64,000 bases of DNA from an uncultured Ignavibacteriales bacterium (GCA_964495085.1 CAZBUK010000002.1:12112-76111); one strand, 5' to 3'; shown: positions 31,045-41,516, counted from the stretch's first letter. Made by a program: numbers and translations. Notes: a model not told the origin generated them from the sequence alone.

Positions 31045-31291
31045 GACCCCTCCTATTATTCGGAATAAGAATGATATCTTCTCACAATTGTAATAATTGC
31101 AAAACTCTGATCGAACAAATACGGGCTGAAATTGACCGTTTGCAGAACACGACGCTTACTGGTTTAATATCAACTTGCAAGTTCTGTGCCACCGGCATAT
31201 ACATCATAATATTGAATATACACCGATATTTCTCTATATTTGTTGAATTTACCTTTATCGTATATCACTGCCTTGATCAAACGGCTCACGT

Positions 31292-32845
31292 ATGAGATAC
31301 GCCCTCGACGGTCGGACACTTACCATTGATACCCTCTACACGCTCGCCCGCTCCGGCTCATCCGTCATCGCAATCCGGGATTCGGCGATCAGAGCGGTTA
31401 AGGCATCGAGGCAACTGGTAGAGGACTGGATAAACGGAAATAAGACCGTCTACGGCGTGACGACCGGGTTCGGCGAATTCAGCAACGTGAAAATCGATGC
31501 TGCCGATATCAGCGACCTTCAGAGAAATCTCATCTACAGCCATGCAGCCGGAGCAGGCGACCCTATTCCGGATGAACTTGTTCGTGCGATGATCATCCTC
31601 AGACTGAACACGCTGGCAAAGGGGTACTCCGGAATTCGACCTCAGACGCTGGAAGTTCTCGTCCGGATGTTCAATGCCGGAATCATACCGGTCATACCTT
31701 CCCAGGGTTCGGTCGGCGCTTCGGGAGATCTCGTCCAGTTGGCTCATCTGGTTCTCTCCATGCTGGGAGAGGGAAAGGTAAAGTACGGAGGGAAAATCAC
31801 AGACGCGGCACGAGCACTCAGGGCAGAGCGAATACAGCCGGCCTCTCTGTCGGCGAAAGAGGGACTTGCGCTCATCAACGGCACACAGATGATGACCGCA
31901 TATACCGCTTTCGCTGTTCATGAAGCTGTCCGGCTCGCCCGTCTCTTCGATATCGCAGCATCGGTCACGCTCGAGGCGTTGCGGGGAACTCCCCGCGCTT
32001 TCGACGCGCGTCTTCACCGGCTCAGGCCGTATAAAGGTCAGACAGAGTGTGCTTCGAATATGCGGCGTCTTTTACGGCGAAGCGAGATCAGACGTTCGCA
32101 CCTGCATAATGATCCCCGCGTACAGGATGCATACTCGATACGCTGCATCCCCCAGGTACATGGCGCATCGCGCGACGCCATTCGCTATGTCCATGACATC
32201 GTGTCGATCGAGCTGAATTCGGCGAACGACAATCCGCTCATCTTTCCGGGAGACGGAATTCACATCGAAGGCGGCAACTTTCACGGGCAGCCGATCGCGC
32301 TGGCCGCCGACTTCCTCGCGATTGCGCTCTCTGAGCTGGCGAATATCTCCGAGAGGAGAATCGAGCGTCTGGTCAATGGAACGCTCAGCGGACTCCCGCG
32401 CTTTCTCACAACGAACGGCGGATTGCATTCCGGTATGATGATCGCGCAATATACGGCTGCATCGCTCGTCTCGGAGAACAAGGTCCTCGCGCATCCGGCA
32501 AGCGTGGATTCGATACCGACCTCCGCAAACCAGGAGGATCATAACAGTATGGGATCGATCTCGGCGCAAAAGGCGTACAGAATTCTGCATAACGTCCAGA
32601 CGGTTGCCGCTATCGAATTCCTCACCGCCTGCCAGGGAATGGATTTTTCCCGCATGCATCCGGTCAAAAAAAATATCATGCAGGCGGGAGAGGGGGCGCA
32701 GGCCGCGTACCGTTTCATCAGAAAGCATATCGAACATCTCGACCGGGACCGGGTACTGCATGACGATATCCAAACCGTGCTCGGATTCGTCCGTGACGGT
32801 TCACTGCTCAATTATGTCGAAAAAAGATCGGGGAAGTTAAAATGA
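31292..32845 (+). CDS. hutH: histidine ammonia-lyase
   Basis: ASG triad in SVGASGDLVQLAHL (MIO-forming). 517 aa. Confidence 0.9.
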   Translation: MRYALDGRTLTIDTLYTLARSGSSVIAIRDSAIRAVKASRQLVEDWINGNKTVYGVTTGFGEFSNVKIDAADISDLQRNLIYSHAAGAGDPIPDELVRAMIILRLNTLAKGYSGIRPQTLEVLVRMFNAGIIPVIPSQGSVGASGDLVQLAHLVLSMLGEGKVKYGGKITDAARALRAERIQPASLSAKEGLALINGTQMMTAYTAFAVHEAVRLARLFDIAASVTLEALRGTPRAFDARLHRLRPYKGQTECASNMRRLLRRSEIRRSHLHNDPRVQDAYSIRCIPQVHGASRDAIRYVHDIVSIELNSANDNPLIFPGDGIHIEGGNFHGQPIALAADFLAIALSELANISERRIERLVNGTLSGLPRFLTTNGGLHSGMMIAQYTAASLVSENKVLAHPASVDSIPTSANQEDHNSMGSISAQKAYRILHNVQTVAAIEFLTACQGMDFSRMHPVKKNIMQAGEGAQAAYRFIRKHIEHLDRDRVLHDDIQTVLGFVRDGSLLNYVEKRSGKLK

Positions 32846-33936
32846 AGTTATCTATTAAATTAATGAAACAACTCCCCAAGGTGTTGCTCCATGACCACCT
32901 CGACGGAGGACTCAGACCCCAGACCATCATCGAGCTTGCCCGCGACCAGAAGTATAAAAAGCTTCCGACCGAGGATGCAGGCCAGCTTGCCGAGTGGTTT
33001 TTTCGCGGAGCCAATAAGGGAAGCCTTCCCGAGTACCTCGAGGGATTCGAGCATACATGCGGCGTCATGCAGACTCCCGAAGCACTCGAACGGACTGCGT
33101 TCGAAATGATGGAGGACATGCACCGGGACGGGGTTGTGTATGTGGAAACTCGATTCGCTCCCGTATTCCATACGGAGCGGGGACTGCACTGGGAGGAGGC
33201 CGTGATGGCCGTCCTCAAAGGACTCGAACTCGGCAGGAAAAAATACAACGTCGAATTCGGCCTCATCATCTGCGCAATGCGAAACATGCAGCTCTCGCTG
33301 GAAATGGCGGAACTTGCGGTTGATTTTCGTGACCGCGACGTTGTCGGATTCGATCTCGCCGGAGAGGAGGGCGGATACCCTCCGAAAAAACATGTCGATG
33401 CATTCCACTATATCCAACGGGAAAATTTCAATATTACGGTTCATGCCGGGGAGGGATTCGGAAAGGAGTCCATCTGGCAGGCGATCCAATGGTGCGGAGC
33501 TCACCGGATCGGCCACGCGACCCGCTTAATCGAAGACATTACCGTGCATGAAAATAAGATTGTGAAACTCGGACCGCTCGCCCAGTACATACTGGACAAG
33601 CGGTTGCCGCTCGAGATGTGTCTCAGCAGCAACGTCCATACCGGCGCCGCCCCGAGTCTTGAACAGCATCCGTTCGGTTTATACTATAATGCAGGATTTC
33701 GAGTTACGCTCAATACCGACGACCGGTTGATGAGCGATACGACGCTTTCGAAAGAGTATCAGATCGCCGCCGACGTGTTCAAGCTCAATCTCGAGGATCT
33801 CGAAAAAATTACGATCAATGCGATGAAGTCGGCGTTCATTCCGTACGAACGGCGGTTGCACTTTATTTACCAGGTGATCAAGAAGGGATACGCCCTCATC
33901 AGGGAAGAGCAGAAAAAGAAAAAAGAACGCGCATGA
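32842..33936 (+). CDS. add: adenosine deaminase
   Basis: Contains LLHDHLDGGLRP and later HAGE motifs. Its start overlaps the hutH stop (ATGA). Confidence 0.85.
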   Translation: MKLSIKLMKQLPKVLLHDHLDGGLRPQTIIELARDQKYKKLPTEDAGQLAEWFFRGANKGSLPEYLEGFEHTCGVMQTPEALERTAFEMMEDMHRDGVVYVETRFAPVFHTERGLHWEEAVMAVLKGLELGRKKYNVEFGLIICAMRNMQLSLEMAELAVDFRDRDVVGFDLAGEEGGYPPKKHVDAFHYIQRENFNITVHAGEGFGKESIWQAIQWCGAHRIGHATRLIEDITVHENKIVKLGPLAQYILDKRLPLEMCLSSNVHTGAAPSLEQHPFGLYYNAGFRVTLNTDDRLMSDTTLSKEYQIAADVFKLNLEDLEKITINAMKSAFIPYERRLHFIYQVIKKGYALIREEQKKKKERA

Positions 33937-34421
33937 ACATCTACTTTCTTCGCCACGGCGATGCGGGGACGTATGCGACGAGCGATTCGGCCCTGACGAC
34001 CGAAGGTATTCAGACCATCAATCGGATTGCGTCGGCGTTTCAGGTACTCGGCATAGAGCTCGATCAGATTCTATCCAGCTCGCTGCCGCGGGCAAAGGAG
34101 ACTGCCGACATCATGCAAGCGGTCCTTAAAGCGGACACCAACGTCCTCTCCTGCAGAGAACTGACTCCGCCCGGCGATTGCGACGATCTGTTCATGCTGC
34201 TGAAGGAGACGCATAGGAAATCTGTTTTGATCGTCGGACACGAACCGCTCCTGAGCCGGATGATCTCACTCCTGATCAGCGGCAACGAGCACAGCTTTCT
34301 CACACTCAAAAAGGGGAGCGTTGCGAAAGTATTCATTGCCGAATACACACGGCATATCCGCGGCAGTCTCGAATGGCTCCTTCCGCCGGGTGTGCTGCTG
34401 AAGCTTACTGAACCACACTAA
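33933..34421 (+). CDS. sixA: phosphohistidine phosphatase SixA
   Basis: Contains MNIYFLRHGDAG (RHG catalytic motif). 162 aa. Overlaps the add stop. Confidence 0.8.
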   Translation: MNIYFLRHGDAGTYATSDSALTTEGIQTINRIASAFQVLGIELDQILSSSLPRAKETADIMQAVLKADTNVLSCRELTPPGDCDDLFMLLKETHRKSVLIVGHEPLLSRMISLLISGNEHSFLTLKKGSVAKVFIAEYTRHIRGSLEWLLPPGVLLKLTEPH

Positions 34422-34442
34422 CACGGGAACACGCCCCTGAAA

Positions 34443-35615
34443 ACGAGCATTATTCTCAAACCGAAAGAACACCACCGGATCGAAAGCGGACATCTCTGGA
34501 TCTTCAGCAACGAGATCCGGAAAATCGACGGCACAGCCGAAGCCGGCGATCTCGTGCTCGTCAGACGCACCGACGGCCGGGTGCTGGGCAAGGGATTTTA
34601 TCACCCGAACTCCCTCATCGCAGTCCGCCTTCTCGGCGACGAGCACACGGAAATCGGCTTCGGTTTCTTCAGAGAAAAAATCGAATACGCACTCGGACAC
34701 CGGGAAAAATACTTCCGCTCTTCAAAAGTATATCGCGTCGTCCATGGAGAGAGCGACGGATTGCCCGGACTCATCATCGACCGGTACGGCTCTGTCATCG
34801 TCATCCAGACACTCTCGGCTGGAATGGATAAATATAAAACGCTCATCTGCGATGTCATCGAATCCGTTTTCTCCCCCGCCGCAATCATCGAAAAGAATGA
34901 ATCGCATCTGAGAACGCTCGAGAACCTCCCGCAGCAGACATCGGTCCTGCGGGGCGCCCTGCCCCATCCTCCGATGCTTCTCGAGATAAACGATCTCATG
35001 GTGGAAATCGACGTACTCGGCGGACAGAAAACGGGGTGGTTTCTCGATCAGCGGCTCAATCATACGCTGATCCGGTCGATCGCCGGAAGCGCGAACGTGC
35101 TCGATTGTTACGCGTACCATGGCGGATTCGGCCTCCAGGCGGCGCATGCCGGCGCACGGAAGGTAACCGCCGTCGATATTTCGGCGGAGGCGGTGCGAAT
35201 GTGCATGCAGAACGCCAGGCATAATAAATTCGAAGGGATTTTCAACGCAATTCCGGGTGAAGTACCCGGAATTCTCGAACGGTACATTTCGGCAAAGGAG
35301 CGGTTCGACCTCGTCATTGTCGACCCGCCGTCCTTCACCCGCTCGAAAAAGAACGTACCGACAGCGCTGAAAGCATACAGATCGCTGCATGAATCGGCCC
35401 TGCGGCTCATTCCGCCGGGGGGATACCTCGCGTCTGCCTGCTGCTCATATCATATTTTCTCCGAGGTCTTCGAAGGAACGGTAACAGCGGCGGCGGACAG
35501 AACAGACCGGAAAATTCAGATAATCCAACGCGCCGGGGCTTCTCCGGACCATCCGGTCCTCCCGACCATGCCGGAGACCGAATATCTCAAGTTCGTACTC
35601 TACAGGGTGTTATAG
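34443..35615 (+). CDS. RlmI/RlmK-like class I SAM-dependent rRNA methyltransferase (PUA + Rossmann); start codon non-canonical or mutated
   Basis: The track ORF starts at GTG 34554. The in-frame upstream stretch (T)SIILKPKEHHRIESGHLWIFSNEI… matches the conserved RlmI N-terminus ([24 protein letters not shown]…), and the aligned initiator position is ACG at 34443. There is no in-frame ATG/GTG/TTG between the sixA stop (34419-21) and 34554. Confidence 0.65.
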   Translation, partial: TSIILKPKEHHRIESGHLWIFSNEIRKIDGTAEAGDLVLVRRTDGRVLGKGFYHPNSLIAVRLLGDEHTEIGFGFFREKIEYALGHREKYFRSSKVYRVVHGESDGLPGLIIDRYGSVIVIQTLSAGMDKYKTLICDVIESVFSPAAIIEKNESHLRTLENLPQQTSVLRGALPHPPMLLEINDLMVEIDVLGGQKTGWFLDQRLNHTLIRSIAGSANVLDCYAYHGGFGLQAAHAGARKVTAVDISAEAVRMCMQNARHNKFEGIFNAIPGEVPGILERYISAKERFDLVIVDPPSFTRSKKNVPTALKAYRSLHESALRLIPPGGYLASACCSYHIFSEVFEGTVTAAADRTDRKIQIIQRAGASPDHPVLPTMPETEYLKFVLYRVL

Positions 35616-35804
35616 ATCGAAGCATGTGCGACCGGTTCCCCGCAGTATCCGGGTGGGCAATTCCGCCCGGTTTCGGGGAATGAGTTTCTCCGGTGAGGTT
35701 GCAGATTCTTGATTTTAATCGACTCAGGAACTACATTATGTACGTTAAGGTTATATTTTTATACAATGTTTGTGTCGGACCGAGCGAGATACACGGAGGT
35801 TGAG

Positions 35805-36494
35805 ATGATACCCCTCATGCAGCATACAGTACAGACGACGGTTTTTGCGGCCGTCATAGGAATGCTTTCACTGTTCTATACACCCTACGGATATTCCCAA
35901 CAGAAGACGGAAGAAATCCGGGATCTTCGGACTGCCTGGGGTCTCGATATCCTCATCTCCGAATCAGGTCTCGGTTTCGGCGGTTTTTACAGAAAGGAAT
36001 ACACACCCGATTGGTCGGGATTCATCAACCTCTCCGTATCCGAATCTAAAGACAGCAGAGAGATCGAACTGATTACGTGGTGGGGCGAGAAATTCGTTCC
36101 CGGGAAAGTGAACAGATTCCTCCTGGCACCACTCCATGTCGGAGTCGAACGGCGGCTGTTCAGGAAACAGATCCTCGACAATTTCCGGCCGTACATCGGC
36201 GCCGCAATCGGACCCACCTTGATATATTCGACACCATATGAGCGCGAATTCTTCAACGCACTCGGTCATGGCAAAACCCACTTTACAATGGGCGGGTATA
36301 TCGGTTTCGGCGCACACTTCGGATCCGAATCGGCAAGTCTGGTGGGAATAAACTTCAGATACTATTACATACCGTATTTCAGCGGTATCAACAGTCTCAT
36401 TGATTCACAGAGCTCTCCGGATAATATCCGGTACCTCGATAAAAATCAGTTCGGAGGTTTTTTCATAACCCTGACATTCGGCTCCATACATTAG
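35805..36494 (+). CDS. small outer-membrane beta-barrel protein
   Basis: The start is set at ATG 35805, with a GGAGG RBS 6 nt upstream. Signal peptide present. Alternating amphipathic beta-strands. Confidence 0.55.
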   Translation: MIPLMQHTVQTTVFAAVIGMLSLFYTPYGYSQQKTEEIRDLRTAWGLDILISESGLGFGGFYRKEYTPDWSGFINLSVSESKDSREIELITWWGEKFVPGKVNRFLLAPLHVGVERRLFRKQILDNFRPYIGAAIGPTLIYSTPYEREFFNALGHGKTHFTMGGYIGFGAHFGSESASLVGINFRYYYIPYFSGINSLIDSQSSPDNIRYLDKNQFGGFFITLTFGSIH

Positions 36495-36538
36495 GTTCGA
36501 TCCGTCTTCAGTACGTATCTCAAGGCGGGTATATAGTG

Positions 36539-36600
36539 AAATACCTTTACGTCCCACAGAACCTCCCCTGCATTCTGTGAGAGCGTAAAGGTATTTTTTT
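36539..36600 (+). terminator. compound hairpin terminator (13-bp outer stem AAATACCTTTACG/CGTAAAGGTATTT enclosing inner 7-bp stem CACAGAA/TTCTGTG) followed by T6
   Basis: Direct reading. It lies 45 nt after the stop of the 35805..36494 gene. Confidence 0.6.
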
Positions 36601-36668
36601 GTATGAGTAATGTACAGAATTCCGTTTTCCGGAATCGTGACGATAGTCACTCCCTGCCGGAATTTTCG

Positions 36669-37184
36669 TCAGAAATAATACCTCACTCCGACCGAAAGAT
36701 CGATATCCAGAGCCGCCGGCGGGAAAACGACGAGTACGCCCCCAATTTCGGCAAATAGATCGAACGGAGCGGTCGGTACGAGATACGAGACGCCTACCGA
36801 GCCGCGAATGCCGATACCGATCCGGTCACGGTGACGCGGACTACCACCCCTGAACTCTGCAATGCGGCCCGATTTCCCCGCGAGACTCACCCCGATCCCG
36901 TAATGCAGAGGAACACGCTGATTATCGAAGACATCGATGTGCCAGAGCCGCGTCGCGTGCAATCTGAAATCGGTAAAGAACGAGGCACCGAAAGCAAAAT
37001 CCCATGCCTTGTCCGATGAAGTCCAGTATTTGGCACTGAGACCCGTCGGCTCGCCGACGATCACTCCCGCACCGAACACTCCCCTTTCCGGTGAGAAACC
37101 CGTTGCGGCCGGAAAATCCTGCCCCTTCACCTCGCAGATAAAAAACAATAAAATCCATACCGGCACATATCTCGATCCGTTCAT
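36669..37184 (-). CDS. small outer-membrane beta-barrel protein (OmpW/porin-like, 171 aa)
   Basis: Signal peptide (MNGSRYVPVWILLFFICEVKGQ). Gly/aromatic-rich beta-strand pattern. C-terminal …GVRYYF. Confidence 0.6.
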   Translation of the reverse strand: MNGSRYVPVWILLFFICEVKGQDFPAATGFSPERGVFGAGVIVGEPTGLSAKYWTSSDKAWDFAFGASFFTDFRLHATRLWHIDVFDNQRVPLHYGIGVSLAGKSGRIAEFRGGSPRHRDRIGIGIRGSVGVSYLVPTAPFDLFAEIGGVLVVFPPAALDIDLSVGVRYYF

Positions 37185-37246
37185 CGCCTTCTCCTCATTG
37201 CTGTTTGTTCACCGGGGGGAAGTTTACATTGGCGGGGAGATATCGG

Positions 37247-40114
37247 TCACTGATGATTGAGGTACCGTTTCAGGACCAATCCGGTATACGACCTGTCCGA
37301 CCCGGCAACCTCCTCCGGCGTTCCCTCCGCAACGACGTTCCCCCCGTCGCTTCCTCCCTCAGGGCCCAGATCGATAATATGATCGGCACATTTAACGACA
37401 TCCATGTTATGCTCGATAACCAGGATCGAATGGCCCGCTTCAATAAGACGGTTAAAGCACTCAATAAGTTTCGCTATATCGTCGAAATGCAGACCGGTTG
37501 TGGGTTCGTCGAAAATGAATAGCGTATGAGCGCTCTTGCCGCGTTCGAGAAGGTGAGCAGCCAGCTTGACGCGCTGAGCCTCGCCACCGCTGAGCGTGGT
37601 GGCAGGCTGGCCGAGACGCAGATAACCGAGACCGACCTCGTCGAGAACCCGCAGGCGTTCGACGGCCTTTTTCACGGAAGGGTACTTCCTGAACTCTTCG
37701 AGCGCCTGGGCGACGGTCATATCGAGAACCGAGTCGATCGAAAAACCGTTCCATTTTATATTCAGCGTCTCTTTCTTATAGCGCTTCCCCTTACAGCTTT
37801 CGCAGACAAGATAAATATCCGGAAGGAATTGCATTTCGATCTTGACGAATCCGTCCCCCTCGCACTCATCGCATCTTCCGCCGGGTACGTTAAACGAGAA
37901 ATGCCCCGGTTTATAACCGTGCACCTTCGCCTGATGGGTGGATGCGAACAGCTCGCGTATCACGTCGAACGCCTTCACGTACGTGACCGCGTTCGACCTG
38001 GGCGTTCGTCCGATCGGCGACTGATCGACCAGCTCGACCGAGTCGATCAATTCCCCTCCCTGTATCGAGACGAATTTTCCGACTGACCCGCTATACCCGC
38101 CGTGCGATTGTTTTAATCCCGCGTAGATTATGTCGTGAACCAGCGTACTCTTACCCGAACCGCTGACCCCCGTGATACAGACGAACCGGTGCAGCGGGAC
38201 AGACACGGTAATATTTTTTAAGTTATGTTCCTGCGCGCCGGTAACCGTCAGATTTCGCGCCGAGTTGCCCCGCCGGTTGCCGGGATCGGGAACGGGTATC
38301 TTTTTCTTACCCGACAGATATGATGCGGTCAGCGAGCGCTCGTTGCCGAACAGCTCCCGGTACGGTCCGGCGAAGATAATCTCTCCCCCCTGCTCGCCGG
38401 CGCCCGGTCCCATATCCACAATGAAATCCGCCGAGCGGATCATCGCATCGTCGTGCTCTACGACGAGCACGCTATTGCCGATACTGCGGAGTCTTTGTAA
38501 GATTCCGATCAGCTTTTCGATATCGCGGGGGTGGAGTCCGATACTCGGCTCGTCGAGTACATAGAGCGACCCGACGAGCGACGACCCGAGCGACGTCGCG
38601 AGATTAATTCGCTGCGATTCTCCCCCCGACAACGTATTTGACAACCGGTCGAGCGTCAGGTATCCGATCCCGACCTCATCGAGATAGTGAAGCCTTCGGC
38701 GGATTTCTTCCAGGATTCTCGCGGCGACGTCTCGTTCATATTCCGCGAGTCCGAGCGCATCGAAATATTCCTTCGCTTCGGAGATCGACATACGCACGAT
38801 CGGGGCGATATTCCTCTCGGTACCGGCATCCCTGTCGCCTATCCTCGCCTGAAGGGCATCGGAGCGCAGACGCACTCCGCCGCAATCCTCACACACGGTA
38901 TACCCGCGGTACCTGCTGAGCAGAACCCGGTAATGAATTTTATAGGTCTTCTTTTCCAGCATCCTGAAGAAGCCTTTCAATCCGCCGAACTTGCCGTACC
39001 CCCGGTGAATAATCCCTAGATGATCCGCAGTCAGATCCGCAAACGGAACATCCACCGGTATACCTGCTTCGTCAGCAATCGAGAGCAGCGTCCGCAGGTT
39101 ATCCCGGAATTTCGGAAAGGTCCATGGATGGATGGCTCCCTGACGGATGGATTTTCCGGGATCCGGTACAACCTTCTCCATATCGATACCCATCGATCTG
39201 CCGAATCCCTGGCACGTAGGACACGCACCGAAGGGATTGTTAAAAGAGAAGAGACGCGGTTCGGGTTCTTCGTAGGCGATGCGGCAGTAAGAGCACTCGA
39301 ACCGTTGGCTGAAGTGCCATTCAGTTTTGTCGTCGGGAAAATGGAGCACCGCGCTTCCGTTTCCATGGGTGTATGCGGTCTCGACCGAATCCGCGACCCG
39401 CACACTCGATTCGTCTCCCCTCCACACAAGGCGATCGACGAGCACCATGACCTGCGCATCTTTTGTTATCTCTTCGGCGGGGAAATCGGCGATCTCGAAT
39501 ACGCTGCCTCCCGCAAGTAAACGGGTAAAACCTTCTTCCCTGAGCAGCGGCACCGCCTCGCTCAGCGGCATTTCTTTTTTCTTCTGCAGCGGGAAGAGGA
39601 CGTAAAAACGGGTTCCCGATTCTTTTTCCCGCAATGCATCGACGATAACCGAGACCGTGTCCCTGACGACTCTGCGGCCGCAATTCCTGCAATACACCTT
39701 CCCGATTCTTCCGAAGAGCAATCTGAGATAATCGTAGATCTCGGTGCTCGTGCCTACGGTTGAACGCGGATTGCGCATGCTGGTTTTTTGTTCGATTGCG
39801 ACCGCCGGACTGATTCCCTCGACAAAGTCGAGGTCGGGCTTTTCCATGCGTTCGAGGAACTGCCGCGCATACGCTGAGAGACTCTCGACGTACCGCCTTT
39901 GTCCCTCGGCATAGATCGTATCGAACGCAAGGCTCGATTTCCCCGATCCGCTGACGCCGGTGACGACGATGAGTTTATTGCGCGGCAGATCGATGGAAAT
40001 ATTCTTCAGGTTGTGAACGCGGGCGCCTTTTATCCGGATAGGTTTATTCACCGGAGAAGAGCCGCGAGAGACGGGCGGCGGGAGCGTTTCATTGGAATTT
40101 TCAGGCATATCCAC
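37247..40114 (-). CDS. uvrA: excinuclease ABC subunit A
   Basis: 955 aa. Two ABC ATPase modules ([14 protein letters not shown]… and [11 protein letters not shown]…) and Zn-finger CxxC pairs. GTG start at 40114, with an alternative ATG at 40108. Confidence 0.95.
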   Translation of the reverse strand: MDMPENSNETLPPPVSRGSSPVNKPIRIKGARVHNLKNISIDLPRNKLIVVTGVSGSGKSSLAFDTIYAEGQRRYVESLSAYARQFLERMEKPDLDFVEGISPAVAIEQKTSMRNPRSTVGTSTEIYDYLRLLFGRIGKVYCRNCGRRVVRDTVSVIVDALREKESGTRFYVLFPLQKKKEMPLSEAVPLLREEGFTRLLAGGSVFEIADFPAEEITKDAQVMVLVDRLVWRGDESSVRVADSVETAYTHGNGSAVLHFPDDKTEWHFSQRFECSYCRIAYEEPEPRLFSFNNPFGACPTCQGFGRSMGIDMEKVVPDPGKSIRQGAIHPWTFPKFRDNLRTLLSIADEAGIPVDVPFADLTADHLGIIHRGYGKFGGLKGFFRMLEKKTYKIHYRVLLSRYRGYTVCEDCGGVRLRSDALQARIGDRDAGTERNIAPIVRMSISEAKEYFDALGLAEYERDVAARILEEIRRRLHYLDEVGIGYLTLDRLSNTLSGGESQRINLATSLGSSLVGSLYVLDEPSIGLHPRDIEKLIGILQRLRSIGNSVLVVEHDDAMIRSADFIVDMGPGAGEQGGEIIFAGPYRELFGNERSLTASYLSGKKKIPVPDPGNRRGNSARNLTVTGAQEHNLKNITVSVPLHRFVCITGVSGSGKSTLVHDIIYAGLKQSHGGYSGSVGKFVSIQGGELIDSVELVDQSPIGRTPRSNAVTYVKAFDVIRELFASTHQAKVHGYKPGHFSFNVPGGRCDECEGDGFVKIEMQFLPDIYLVCESCKGKRYKKETLNIKWNGFSIDSVLDMTVAQALEEFRKYPSVKKAVERLRVLDEVGLGYLRLGQPATTLSGGEAQRVKLAAHLLERGKSAHTLFIFDEPTTGLHFDDIAKLIECFNRLIEAGHSILVIEHNMDVVKCADHIIDLGPEGGSDGGNVVAEGTPEEVAGSDRSYTGLVLKRYLNHQ

Positions 40115-40383
40115 TCAGCAAACGATTCGCCGGCTCATATCGAAGAGCCGGCAAACATATGAACCTGCAACTACCGTTCGGTTTCTTGGAAGTTTCAAAC
40201 TTATAAGTTACATTATTCCGTTACGAAACGCAATCGTGACTAGGCTGCTGGAAAATCCAAAAATATTTTCCTCCGAGTGAATCGCACAAATTACTATATG
40301 ATACCCGAATGATCTGCGCACATCCGCATCGATGCTTCCGATGCAATTTTTTCGAGGCGCGGAGATAAGGAAAGGACATCCCG

Positions 40384-41316
40384 GTGCCAACCTCTTCATC
40401 AATCATCACACCCTCTTCATTGCGGCATGGCGATACGATCGGTATCGTAGCGCCCGCAAGCCCTTATCCGTCGAAAGAAATTTTCGATAAAGGAATATCG
40501 TATCTTGAATCGAGAGGCTACCGGGTAAAACCCGGACGATCGGTTCACCTGAAGCGCGGGTATCTGGCAGGCGGTGATTCCGACCGGCTCAATGATCTGC
40601 ATACCATGTTCTCGGACCCCGAGGTCAGAGCGATTATTGCGGTGCGCGGTGGCTACGGATGCGGTCGCCTCGTGAGGTATATCGATTACGGCCTCATCAG
40701 GGAAAATCCTAAAATTTTCGTCGGATACAGCGATCTGACAGCCCTCCAACTGGCGATTTTTTCGCAGACCCGCATGATTACCTATGGCGGACCGATGGTA
40801 TCGGCGGATCTCGGAAAAGGTGTCGATAACGACACCGAATCGCATTTCTGGGACACCCTCTGCGGCCTGTCCCCCCACAGAATTCTTCAGTTCGATGAAC
40901 CGCCGTCACAGCTCTATAACGTCGCATCGTTTGAAGGCACCTTGTTGGGTGGTAACCTGGCGCTCATTACGAGTATGATCGGCACGCCGTATCTTCCCGA
41001 TTGGAACGATGCGGTCCTTGCACTTGAGGAAATCGGTGAAGCGCCCTACAGAATTGACCGGATGCTGAACCAGCTCCGCTTATCCGGCATACTCACCTCC
41101 GTGCGCGCGGTGCTGTTGGGTCAGTTCACCGATTGTATACAGGCGAACGGCAATCCCACTTTAAGTCTGGAGGAAGTATTTGAAGACCATCTCGGCGATC
41201 TCGGTATTCCCGTTCTCTCGGGTATTTCGTTCGGGCATGAGAAAACGAAACTCACGATGCCGTGGGGAGGCCGCGTGCTGTACAAGGTAGAAGAGAACGT
41301 CATTCATATCCGATAA
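40384..41316 (+). CDS. ldcA: LD-carboxypeptidase (peptidase S66, muramoyltetrapeptide carboxypeptidase)
   Basis: Contains GDTIGIVAPAS…GYSDLTALQLAI…. GTG start preceded by an AAGGAAAGGA RBS. Confidence 0.85.
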   Translation: MPTSSSIITPSSLRHGDTIGIVAPASPYPSKEIFDKGISYLESRGYRVKPGRSVHLKRGYLAGGDSDRLNDLHTMFSDPEVRAIIAVRGGYGCGRLVRYIDYGLIRENPKIFVGYSDLTALQLAIFSQTRMITYGGPMVSADLGKGVDNDTESHFWDTLCGLSPHRILQFDEPPSQLYNVASFEGTLLGGNLALITSMIGTPYLPDWNDAVLALEEIGEAPYRIDRMLNQLRLSGILTSVRAVLLGQFTDCIQANGNPTLSLEEVFEDHLGDLGIPVLSGISFGHEKTKLTMPWGGRVLYKVEENVIHIR

Positions 41317-41435
41317 ACTTCGTAACGTATCAATCATCCGAACTATACTGCATGCTATACAGTTCTCGCTGAAGAATTCATAATCTCTCGCCGCCGCGAC
41401 ATCGAGTGAATTCGAATCTCCGGATAAATCCATTC

Positions 41436-41516
41436 CCCGCCGGAAGAAACGATTTAAAATATGTAGTTTATTGTCGGCTAAAATTATTTATAGTTGATCG
41501 CTTCTCCGGCGGGGAA
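41436..41516 (+). other. long-range inverted repeat (ATTCCCCGCCGGAAG … CTTCTCCGGCGGGGAA) enclosing a ~48-nt AT-rich loop in the purN leader/intergenic region
   Basis: Direct reading. The stem is at least 12 bp. The element sits in the 486-bp gap between ldcA and purN. Confidence 0.4.

Noticed and set aside
31071-31295. 74-aa ORF in the AT-rich region upstream of hutH
   Set aside because: It sits in the promoter region of hutH. It has a hydrophobic low-complexity composition and no RBS, so it is probably spurious.
40150-40180. LexA/Cheo box upstream of uvrA
   Set aside because: The GAAC…GTTC spacing is 11 rather than 4, and AACATATGAAC is a direct rather than inverted repeat. It does not match a known SOS box.
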